64,000 nucleotides of DNA, taken from Octopus vulgaris (lineage: Eukaryota). The notes beneath the pieces were generated by a model that was not told the origin of the DNA, ran no database searches, and saw only the letters and a list, made by a program, of their open reading frames with translations. Every line of letters starts with the position of its first letter. Positions within the stretch are counted from its first letter, which is position 1. The position numbers were made by a program, and so were the translations under genes. Location of the stretch: contig OX597833.1 in assembly GCA_951406725.2 (NCBI GenBank), positions 27,342,001-27,406,000 on the forward strand. Direction: 5' to 3'. Of this stretch, positions 10,580 through 21,404 are shown one piece after another.

Positions 10580-13035
10580 GTATATTAATATAAATACATG
10601 AAAGTACATGAAGTTTGTTAACAAAAGGGGGATCATGTATATATCTCCTGGCTGTTGCGATTATAACACCTCGTTGTAAACAATGTTCCTTGTTTTTCCG
10701 TGTGGAGCATATACAAAAAGGTTTCTTTTGGTTCCTACTCTTGAGCAGCCAACATACAGTTGCTCATGCGAGGAGCAAGGCTCTTCTAAAAGAAGACCAG
10801 CTACAGAGAGGGTTTGACCCTGAGATTTGTTAATGGATATGGCAAAGCTGATACGAAGGGGGAATTGCAGTCTTTTGAATGTAAATGGAATTTCTGCTCC
10901 TGATGGAGTAAGAGGAATTCTTGGAATAAAGACGTCATCACCTTTTCCACATCCAGAAAGAGTAATCGCCTCGATAACGTGTGACATCATTTTCTTTATC
11001 ACCAGTCGTGTTCCATTGCAAAGTCTTGGTGGTTCCAGATTGCGGAGTAGCATTACAGGAGTTCCAACTTTAAGTGCTAATATGTGTGGGGGTAGTCCAG
11101 GAGGCTCCAGTGAATTGAGAAATTCAGGAGGATAGTTCACAACTTCATTTATATCTGGAATTGTATCAACAGACTTGTAAGTGTGTATAGTGCCGGGAAG
11201 AGAATGCATTAGCTGTTGATTAATGTTGTTAACAGCGACGTTTTTTGGAGCTAATATTGCTCTTTCACACAGCCAATTGTGATTTTGGTAGTTTTGTGTG
11301 AAGTTGGGAAAGACTTTGTTTTTGAGGTCATCTACAGAATTAACAACAGAGGAAAATGACCATACTTCCATTTGTCCTGTAGCATCGAGAGGCATCTTGC
11401 CTTCACCAAGTGTCAAAATGTCCTGTGCAAACTTTGTGGACATTTTGTCGCCGTGTAGCTGAGCTCTCATGTTAGTGGTGAGACTGAGGATTGTAACATG
11501 ATGCCACAGGGTAGAGGACTTTAGGCATGCTTGGACTGCATCTGCTCTAGTGCCTTTCGGAATGACAGGAAGAGTTTGCCTGAAATCACCTGACAACAAA
11601 AGCGTTACACCTCCCATTGGTGCCTGACAGTCTCGGATGTCTTTCAGGGCTCTATCTAATGCTTCCAAAGCTCCCTTGTGAGCCATAGTGCACTCATCCC
11701 AGACAATTAGATGACACATTTTAAGTACTTGTCCCTGATCTGAGCTTTTGTTGATGTTGCATGAAGGCATTTCGGATGCTGCTAAATTGAGAGGGAGTTT
11801 AAAAGTTGAGTGTGCTGTCCTGCCACCGGGTAACAAAGTAGCTGCAATGCCAGAGTAGGCTACAGCTACTGCAATGTCCTGATGCTGCCTAACTTCTGCA
11901 AGGAGAAGCTTTGTAATAAATGTTTTTTCCTGTCCTTCCAGGAGCATCGATGAAGAAGATTCGTCCCTCGCGTTGGCGTACACTGTTAAGAATAGTTCTG
12001 TAGGCCAGCAGCTAGTCCGGAAGTAATTTCGGCTCATTTTCAACAATGTACTTTGAAAGCGCTTGAGTGTCGTAGGTTTTTTCACGAATGACAGCAGTGG
12101 GAAGGCTATTTGACCCTGACCTGAATGCTTGTGGCAAGCCATACGTCGACAATTCATTTCCACCCAGTTCAGCAATTCTGTCTTCAATGTCAATGAGTGT
12201 TTTGTTATAGATTTCATTGCTGATGCCCTCTATGTCAGGATAGAGCAGTTGAGCTTGGCGCTGAAAGTCTTCAGCTAGGTTGTCTCTATATTTGAGCCGG
12301 CCGGATCACACAGTTCGCATGCCTGTAGTAATACTGCAAATAGTGCCCTGAGACTTTTAGGTGATTGTGATATAGCAGCCTCTCCTAAAGTTGCATCCCA
12401 TTGTGCACCATCTTCTAACAGACCTTGTCGATAGCAGGGTTACTCAATACTTTTGTAGAGTACAGATTTATTGTCCTTAAACAAAAATATTATTTTATGT
12501 TGTGCAGACATGTCCATGAACGGTTTTTAGGGCCTGGAAAGACGTTGGCCCTCTGACCTCATGCAGTAGTAGACGAAGGTAGAAGCACTCTTGTTGGGTG
12601 GGATGCACCGTGTATACTCGCCCAAGGCAAGTGTGAAACTTAATGCCAGGGTATCCATGAACATTTTGACCTGCTTTCCGTGGGGCCCATTTTCATTTTT
12701 CCATTCCAAGTGTAGTACGATGGAATCTGTGGATACAGCAAGGTTTGAGCCAATGGATCCATTTGACAAAGCTTGAAGAATGCAATGAGTGTGCTATCCC
12801 TTGGTTCCTCTGCCAAGAGAGAAGCATTAGCATCGGTGAAGTACACTCTTTGACCATTTTCCAGGTGCACTGCAAGCTGTTGAATGGCGGGGTGTCGTTG
12901 GTGAATTGGAAAGTCAAAGATGCGCCAGAAAGCCTCGTTGCTACTTATGTACCGTCCCACCTGATAATGCGTCACCTCATATCCCTTAAGTTCGTTTATG
13001 GGAAACGTTTTGAAACATCCATATAAAAGTTTCAT
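10462..13035 (-). mobile_element. 5'-truncated Helitron (RepHel) with intact 3' terminus
   Basis: 3' hairpin CCGGGCAACGCCGGG then CTAG|T at 10462; Rep-side peptide YQVGRYISSNEAFWRIFDFPIH.RHPAIQQLAVHLENGQ; Pif1 helicase downstream. Confidence 0.93.
10661..12217 (-). pseudogene. Helitron Pif1-family helicase domain; homology holds from about 11930 to 10661, with a frameshift at the Walker A motif
   Basis: Motifs SGIAATLLPGGRTAHSTFKLP, WDECTM, GDFRQTLPV, LRNLEPPRLCNGTRL, FKRLQFPLR.SFA.SINKSQGQ, QLYVGCSRV. Confidence 0.93.
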
Positions 13036-13121
13036 TATGCCGACTACAGTCTAATGATACTAACTGGTAATACCAGTTTTTGAGGTCGCGTCGTGCTATG
13101 CCGATATAATATAGTATGAAT

Positions 13122-13245
<124 letters not shown>

Positions 13246-13525
13246 TCCATTGACGGAATTTATAAATATTTTAATGCATCACTACGCACGTTTCCACGCA
13301 TCGCATATTTCTTAAGATCAAAGACCGATGTCCATGGATGCTATGGACTGTAGTGTAATCACCTCAGGGTGGATTTTGCCTTTCATCCTTTCGAGGCCGA
13401 TCAAATAATTACCTGTAGAATATTGTGGTCGTTGTAATCGATTATCACCTCCCCTAAAATTTCAGGCCTTGTGCCTATTGTAGAAAAGATTATTACCATG
13501 TGTATATATATGTGTATGTATATAA

Positions 13526-13620
<95 letters not shown>

Positions 13621-13626
13621 TATATG

Positions 13627-13684
<58 letters not shown>

Positions 13685-13686
<2 letters not shown>

Positions 13687-14103
13687 CGCAGGAGTGGCTG
13701 TGTGGTAAGTAGCTTGCTAACCAACCACATGGTTCCGGGTTCAGTCCCACTGCGTGGCATCTTGGGCAAGTCTTCTGCTATAGCCCCGGGCCGACCAATG
13801 CCTTGTGAGTGGATTTGGTAGACGGAAACTGAAAGAAGCCTGTCGTATATATGTATATATATATATATATATGTATGTGTGTATGTGTATGTGTTTGTGT
13901 GTTTGTGTTTATCCCCCTCGCATTGCTTGACAACCGATGCTGGTGTGTTTACGTCCCCGTCACTTAGCGGTTCGGCAAAAGAGACCGATAGAATAAGTAC
14001 TAGGCTTACAAAAATAAGTCCCGGGTTCGATTTGCTCGACTAAAGGCGGTGCTCCAGCATGGCCGCAGTCAAAATGACTGAAACAAGTAAAAGAGTAAGA
14101 GAG

Positions 14104-14104
<1 letters not shown>
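13685..14104 (+). mobile_element. tRNA-derived CORE-type SINE, family B, full length (about 420 bp with internal TA/TG microsatellite)
   Basis: A box TGGCTGTGTGG, B box GGTTCAGTCCC, CORE-like CTTGGGCAAG, 3' AAAAGAG tail; about 10 copies in the window. May correspond to the octopus OR-type SINEs (inference). Confidence 0.88.
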
Positions 14105-14142
<38 letters not shown>

Positions 14143-14251
14143 ATAAAGTTAAATAATGAAGGTAGAAATTAATATTATTAATTAATATTAATTTTAACCA
14201 GTGGCTAGCATAAAAAATTTCCGAGGAGATATGTAATATATATGTATATAC

Positions 14252-14303
<52 letters not shown>

Positions 14304-14442
14304 TATTTCGTATATTTTTCACTTGTTTATTGCTTTGGTTTTGTTGAGTTTGATCTGAGAACATAAACTTTTTGTGGAGAATGGCGATTTGACGTCTATA
14401 TCTAGCATGTTGACTGTCCACTTTTCGTGTGCAGTCCTTAAT

Positions 14443-14516
<74 letters not shown>

Positions 14517-14521
<5 letters not shown>

Positions 14522-14720
14522 ATCCAAACATGAAAAGACAAAGAGAAAACACAACGTGAGGACGTGGAACAAATATAGTATTATTGGACGCTCAGGAAGG
14601 AAGGGAAGAAGGAGGGTTTAACGTTTCGAGCGGAGCTCTTCGTCAGAAACATAGGAAAAGGAAAGATCCAGAGAAGGAAAGACGGAGGGAAAAAAATCGC
14701 CAACGGTAGACACGCGGTAT
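14517..14720 (-). mobile_element. Penelope-associated short element carrying a minimal hammerhead
   Basis: Close copy at 22642-22855; both abut (TA)n. Confidence 0.75.
14616..14650 (-). ncRNA. minimal type I hammerhead ribozyme motif, core intact
   Basis: Minus strand GTTT-CTGACGA-A-GAGC-TCC-GCTC-GAAAC-GTT-AAAC; stem I GTTT/AAAC, stem II GAGC/GCTC. Confidence 0.8.
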
Positions 14721-14724
14721 ATAC

Positions 14725-14768
<44 letters not shown>

Positions 14769-14920
14769 TGACGCATATTTGCCACTTGAATATGGCTAAC
14801 CCCTAAGGGTGGATGCTACTGTAGTTTGTAGCCCCAGGAAGATATCTCCTCCAGCTGGCTATAGACACACTATCTGTGTCCTCTCAGTATTTGTGAAGGG
14901 AAGTCATCCTCCCCGTCTTC

Positions 14921-14988
14921 AACTCATGATACACACGGACTCGAGTTTCAAGGTGTTTACCTATCATCAGCGTGTGACAATCATGGTT
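14921..14988 (-). ncRNA. type I hammerhead ribozyme, copy 1
   Basis: AACCATGATTGT-CACACG-CTGATGA-T-AGGT-AAAC-ACCT-T-GAAAC-TCGA-GTC^-CGTGTG-T-ATCATGAGTT; GUC cleavage predicted between 14938 and 14937. Confidence 0.88.
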
Positions 14989-15272
14989 GTCGACGAGAAG
15001 TCAGCTCCCTTCACAAATACATATACTTTTTCCAGTGTCGAGTGACACTGATATTGAAAAAGTGAAATCAAACAATGATAAATCTCAGAGCGAGTTATAA
15101 ACAGTAGCGGTAACACATCGTGACGCATATTTGCCATTTGAATATGGCTAACCCCTAAGGGTGGATGCTACTGTAGTTTGTAGCCCCAGGAAGATATCTC
15201 CTCCAGCTGGCTATAGACACCCTATCTGTGTCCTCTCAGTATTTTTGAAGGGAAGTCATCCTCCCCATCTTC

Positions 15273-15340
15273 AACTCATGATACACACGGACTCGAGTTT
15301 CAAGGTGTTTACCTATCATCAGCGTGTGGCAATCATGGTT
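15273..15340 (-). ncRNA. type I hammerhead ribozyme, copy 2
   Basis: Identical core 352 nt away; predicted cleavage between 15290 and 15289. Confidence 0.88.
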
Positions 15341-15354
15341 AAGGAGAGAGTAAT

Positions 15355-15561
15355 ACTATAGGCACAAGGCCTGAAATTTGGGGAGAGGAGATAGTTGATT
15401 GCATTGACCTCAATGCACGACAGGTACTTAATTCATCGAACCCAGGAGGATGTAAGGCAAATTCGACGTAGGCGGAATTTGAACCCAGAACGTAAAGACG
15501 GACGAAATGCCACTATGCATTTTGTTCGGCGCACTAATGATTCCGCCAGCTCACTACCTTA
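15355..15561 (-). mobile_element. SINE family A
   Basis: Reverse complement of family A. Confidence 0.82.
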
Positions 15562-15639
15562 ATGATATCGAATAATAATATAAACAAATAAAAAATGTTC
15601 GTTTGAACATACGACAATTGATTATATTAAAGCGCATGT

Positions 15640-15850
15640 GTTAAGTAATTGACAGGCGCTTCATAATTAAATCCTGCACTTTTTATTGTCGTCATCTTTA
15701 TTAGTAAATATCTCTACTGATGACGTCATCACCAAAAGTCTCCCTCCCATGACGCAGTAGACAGTTATGTTACTTAGGTAACAACGCTGAAATGGTGGTT
15801 GGCCAATTAGTAAAACCTGCAAGCATGTGTTCAGTAAATTCAAACTGAAA
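15640..15850. promoter_or_regulatory. candidate promoter/enhancer with CRE, half-CRE, RFX X-box-like site and CCAAT
   Basis: TGATGACGTCATCA 15718-15731, TGACGCA 15750-15756, GTTACTTAGGTAAC 15769-15782, CCAAT 15803-15807, all in non-repetitive DNA. Motif match only. Confidence 0.45.
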
Positions 15851-16374
15851 GTGGACCAGACAAAACTTAATCCTTTTAATTTTTAAACTTTGGCATGTAA
15901 ACTCTAAATACAAACGCACTCTCTCTTTCCCCTCTCTCTCCACTCTCTCTTTCTCTCTTTCTCTCTGTCTCTTTACTTCTCTCTTTCTCTCTCACACACA
16001 CATACACACGCGCGTCACGCACACGTACACAGGGGCGCGATACCATACACATACAGCTTTCTGAGTGTTGTCCACTTTGTCGGATCTTGATTGAAAGTGG
16101 TTCAACGGAAATAATTCAGATCCAATCAAATTGACTGTTTTCCTTGGTATTGGATTTAGTCCATCATCTAATTTAACCTGTCATTCGGGCACCTTAACAG
16201 AGACTATTCTGTTGCAACGATTTGAACTGGGATTGTTTTATTTAGGGTAAACTTTTAGCTGTGATTTGGTCTAGCAAAAATGTCATAGGCGCTTCCCTAT
16301 TTCTCTGGTCCGCCTGACCAAGGCACGAAAATGGGTTTAAATTTGTACTTAAAATTAATTGTATACATATGCGA

Positions 16375-16765
16375 ATCGTGGCTGTGAGGTAAGAATTTGG
16401 CTTCCCAGCCACATGATCGTGATCATACAGCGTGGCACCTTGTGCAAGTGACTTCTGCTATAGCCTCGGGCCGACTAAAGCCTTGTGAATTGATTTGGTA
16501 GACGGAAACTGAAAGGAGCCCTCGAATATATATATGTGTGAAAGAGGCTGTGTCTGTGTTTGTCTCCCACCAACACCTGGCAACCGGTGTTTCTGTCTTT
16601 ATGCCCCCGTAACTTAGCGATTCGGCAAAAGAGACCGCTAGAATAAGTACCAGGCTTAAAAAGAAAATATGTACTGGGATCGATTTAGTTTGACTAGAAT
16701 TCCTCAAGGTAGTGCCCCAGCATGGCCACAGTCTAATGAAAGAAACATGTAAATGTTAAAAAGAT
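16375..16765 (+). mobile_element. SINE family B
   Basis: Colinear with 13685-14104. Confidence 0.85.
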
Positions 16766-17176
16766 GATGATAATGTTGTTTAAGGTTGAAGTTTGGAAAA
16801 CTAAGACAAATAGCATTACACAGGTATTCTGAAAGTTCAGACTAAATGTGAAACAGACAAACATGTAATTCTGTACTCATGTTTGTTCTCCAATTCCAAT
16901 CCTGTTTTATTTCTTAGAAAGCAGCCACTTCAAATAATTTTTAAATGACGATACATGTATGTATATACATGCAAACATGTAATGATAAAAGAAACTGGAA
17001 AGAAAAACATGTTTAATAATAGAAATCAGTCGTCCAGGTTTCAAATTTTGGCAGTAGGCCAGCAATTTCTGGGGAAGGTGTAAGTCGATTTTGTCGACCT
17101 CAGTGTGCAGCTGGTATTTATTTTTATCGACACCGAATGGATGAAATACAAAGTTGACTTACATGATGTTAATATT

Positions 17177-17387
17177 GGTTTCAAAGTTTGGCACAGGACC
17201 AACAATTTCGAAGGAGGGGATAAGTCGATTATATCGACTCCGGGGATCAACTGGTACTTGATTTATCGAGCCCGACATGATGAAAGTCGACTTCCATAGA
17301 ATTTGAACTCAGAAAGTAAAGACGGACAAAATGCCACTAAACATTTTGTCTATCGTGCTAATGATTCTACCAGCTCGCCGCCTTCCG
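17177..17387 (-). mobile_element. SINE family A with 15-bp target-site duplication (another fragment at about 17035-17160)
   Basis: CATGATGTTAATATT flanks the copy at about 17163 and about 17388. Confidence 0.85.
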
Positions 17388-17421
17388 CATGATGTTAATA
17401 TTAAAGATTAAAAAAATAGAG

Positions 17422-17620
17422 AGGCGAGCTGGCAGAATTCGTTAGCACGAATGCTTAGCGGCATTTTGTCCATCTTTACATTCTGATTTCCAATTCCGTC
17501 GAGGTGGACTTTGCTTTTCATCCAGAGTCGATAAAATAAGTACCACTTGAGCATTTGGGTCGATACAATCGACTCACCTCCTTCTGCGATATTTCAGGCC
17601 TTGCGCCAATAATAGAAAAG
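17422..17620 (+). mobile_element. SINE family A
   Basis: GGCGAGCTGGCAGAATTCGTTAGC head plus core. Confidence 0.85.
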
Positions 17621-17660
17621 AATATTAACGATAAAAATAGTGTAGAGAACTGACAGAATC

Positions 17661-17745
<85 letters not shown>

Positions 17746-17937
17746 CAAGGTTACAAAATATAGTACTGTACTTCTTTCTGCAACTACCTTCTTCAGCAAT
17801 AATCTTGAGAAACTCGCCTCCATAAAACCGGAAAAAACACACTGTAATTTAGAAATTTCAATGATATACCATTAGAAAAAATTTTTTTAAGTATGTAAAA
17901 CATTTCAGAAGTTGAGTCAATATTACTACATATACAG

Positions 17938-18340
17938 AGGCGGCAAGCTGGCAAAATCGTTAGCACAGCGGGCAAAATGCTTTCCGGCATTTCGTCCGTC
18001 TTTAAATTCTTAGTTCAAATTCCGCCGAGGTTGATTTTTGCCTTTCATCCTTTCGAGGTCGATAAAATAAGTAACAGTCAACTTATCCCCTTCTCCTGAA
18101 TAGCTGGCATTGTGCCAAAATTTGAATGCAGTATTAGTACTCATACAGAGGCGGTTATGTAGCAGAATCGTTAACACACCGGGCATATTGCTTCGCGGCA
18201 TTTCGCCTGTCTTTGTGTTCAGAGTTCAAATTCTACTGATATCAACCTCGCCTTTTTTCATTTGAGTACTGGGATCGATGTAATCGATTTCTTCTTTTCC
18301 TCTGAACTTGCTGGCCTTGTACTAAAATTTGAAATCATTA
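17938..18340 (+). mobile_element. two tandem SINE family A copies (17938-18130, 18148-18340)
   Basis: Two heads and two tails, separated and flanked by related ATTA.TA..(C/T)ATACAGA motifs. Confidence 0.82.
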
Positions 18341-19402
18341 TTAGTATACATACAGACAGACATATATAAATGTGAAAACGTCAACTCACAAATGCCGTGG
18401 CATGCAAGCAAGCAATTTTTTAGTACGGTATTTAGTACTTCACTTGTAAAACTACATGCATAAGCTCCTTAGTTATCTCTGACTAAATTCCAGTGAAAGA
18501 AGCTTGTTTCTTGTTCATTGACGAAAAATTTGGAACATAGAATCAGAAAACACACGCATGTATGTATACACACACACGCACGCATGTATGTATATACACA
18601 CACACAATTTATATCAATTTTAATCTGGAGCAGTTTTGTACTCTTCGAGAGAAGCATTAATGATACAAAATTCCATTTTCCATTATCTAATATTCTACAA
18701 ATTAAATACCACTAAAATACGTCCTCAGACGTTCGAACATTATTTTATACGACTTCTCAACGGAGCCATTAGCTGTCAGTCGGCATTTTTTCCTTCCGCT
18801 TCTGTTATACCATTAAACTAGCTGTCACGTATCACGTGGTGCTAGAGGTCACATGATGACTGCGTTAATGTGGAATCCATATCAATATGAATTTTCTTGT
18901 CACTACATATGGTGACAGCAAGTATGTCAGCATGGGGCAGCATTAACTTATAATATATTACACTCAAACCTCGATAAGTCTTCCAGTCTGGAATAATTTT
19001 TCTGCGTACATGTGTGTGTGTGTGTGTGTTTGTGTGTGAGAGAGGGAGTGTGTGTATGTGTGTGCGAGTGTGTGTGCGTGTGTGTATGTGCGTGAGTGCA
19101 AATGTGTGTGTGTTTGTACGAAAGTGAGTGTGTGCATGCATGTATCAAATATATATATACATATGTTCATATATACACATACATATACGTGCATACATAC
19201 ATAGTAAACACATCATAATATGATGTTTAAGTATACATATCCATGTATGTATGTTAGCTTATATACACACGTACGTGTGTATATATATGTGTGTGTATAT
19301 ATGCTTACATATTTGTATATATATATGCATACATATCTGCATAAACATACACACAGCATAAATACATAGACTGATAAATAGACATGTAGAAAATATTTAG
19401 GA

Positions 19403-19438
<36 letters not shown>

Positions 19439-19634
19439 CTGGAGATATATATATGCGTGTGCTTTTGTGTGCGTGTGCGCGTGTTTGTATGTGTGTGTAT
19501 TCTATACTTTGATTAGAACTTGTTGAATCACTCCTTGTTTACCACATTCTAGCTTTATTCGTACATGAATGTGACTGAAGAATGTCTATGTTTATGAGTG
19601 TGTGTGTGTGTGTATAATAATAACAATACTTATT

Positions 19635-19820
19635 TCTACTATAGGCACAAAGCTTGAAATTTTGGGGAGGGGACTAGCCAATTACATCGACCTCAGTACT
19701 CAAATAGTACATATCTTATTGACTCCGAAAGTCGACCTCGGCGGAATTTGAACTCAGAACGTAAGGACGGGCGATATGTCGCTAAGCATTTTGCCCCGCA
19801 TACTAACAATTCTGTCAGCT
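19635..19820 (-). mobile_element. SINE family A
   Basis: Reverse complement of family A. Confidence 0.8.
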
Positions 19821-19824
19821 CTGA

Positions 19825-20403
19825 CCAAATGACCACATCTCACTCCTCTGGAATTTCACCATTCAAACTGACAGAAAGATAGATGCAAATAGGCCAGACA
19901 TCAGATTGAAAGACTTCAGACAAAGAACATGCCTCCTCATTGATATGACTGTTCCAATCGATATAAACGTATCTGTCAAGACCTACCGAAAACTGAGCAA
20001 AAATAAAGATCTTGAAATAGAAATCAGCAAAATGTGGAACCTGAAGACTAAAACAATACCTGTTGTCATAGGTGCCCTGGGAATGATAGCAAAAGGGGCT
20101 GATTGCTACCTAACTCAGATACCAGGAAAACCAAAAATTGCAGAAATTCAAAAGATAGTGCTCATGGGAACTGCTCATATCCTACGCAAAACACTTTCTA
20201 TGTAATTTTAAAACATGTTTTAAAACAAACATAATTTTCGTATGGTTTTTTTTAGACATTCACTAGTATAACGCTAAGTACAAAACCAAATATATGGCAC
20301 ACTAGGCATAACACCAACATGAACTTCCAACTTGTTGTCTCTTGAGGTCTCTGGGTGAGACTTGGAGTCAACTTGTACAAATGTAAAGCAAAAGCCAACA
20401 AAG
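19825..20403 (+). mobile_element. 5'-truncated R4/Dong-like RLE LINE (family 2) with (AAT)n tail
   Basis: LWNFTIQTDRKIDANRPDI..KD...CLLIDMTVP...K..K.KDLEIEI..MW...IPVVIGALG is a restriction-like endonuclease C-terminus; 3' UTR followed by (AAT)n. Confidence 0.9.
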
Positions 20404-20415
20404 AATAATAATAAC

Positions 20416-20532
<117 letters not shown>

Positions 20533-20700
20533 GAGAACTATTACTACCCATGTATTTTAATCTAATTTTTAAAAAAAATGAACGAACTATTGAGTTTAGT
20601 TTAATGGCCTACCAATGTATGCTATGAGTTTCTTTGCCCTAGGAATCGGGAAGAACTCGGCAAGAAATGGAAGCAAATTTGAAAGAAGAAAAAAAATAAC

Positions 20701-20735
<35 letters not shown>

Positions 20736-20755
20736 TAATAATAATAATAATGATA

Positions 20756-20805
<50 letters not shown>

Positions 20806-20821
20806 AAAGACGATGACGATG

Positions 20822-20896
<75 letters not shown>

Positions 20897-20924
20897 AAGG
20901 AGTCACCGAAGATGAGAATTGCAA

Positions 20925-21300
20925 AATCTTATGAGATGCGATAATCCAGTGCGATCACCCGACTAGTTCTGAATAAATAAGAAAAAACATGTAAGATAAT
21001 CAACATAGCCAGCCCTGGTGACAACAGGATTAATGAGGAAGAAGAAAAAATAAACAACTATGACAATTTTAAGTGGGAAATATGAAGGTTGTGGTCAATG
21101 AAGAGAGTAGACGTGATACCACTAGTAATCGGTGCACATAGAAGTATCAGCAATCACCTACCAACAAGGCTGAAAAAGATCGATGCAAGTGTGAAGGGAG
21201 GACATCTACAAAAATATGCACACTTTGGAACTGCAAGAATTCTTCGCAAGATTTTTGAAGCATGACCAGTAAATAAGTGTCACCTTAATCTACTATCTGT
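20925..21300 (+). mobile_element. decayed R4/Dong-like LINE 3' fragment (third variant)
   Basis: Degenerate PD...K..C.II.IA.PGD.RI.E.E.EK...Y and IPLVIGA / ALFGTARILRK remnants. Confidence 0.65.
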
Positions 21301-21404
21301 ATCATACCCAGCAAAATAAGGTGTGTGTTTTCATATAATAATAATTTATGCACAAATATACATATATGTACGTATATTTAGATGTATGTATATATATATA
21401 TATA

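Larger units (their letters stand above)
14765..15340 (-). mobile_element. retrozyme-like tandem repeat, 352-bp unit, about 1.6 copies
   Basis: 14765-14988 is repeated at 15117-15340 with about five substitutions; each copy contains a full hammerhead; no coding capacity. Confidence 0.8.

Noticed and set aside
10661-12217. Host PIF1 helicase gene
   Set aside because: It is intronless, frameshifted at Walker A, linked to Rep-side Helitron motifs and followed by a hairpin-CTAG terminus.
14809-15361. Two near-identical short ORFs MDATVVCSPRK...
   Set aside because: They have GTG starts and no recognisable domain, and lie antisense to the hammerheads; a by-product of the non-coding repeat.
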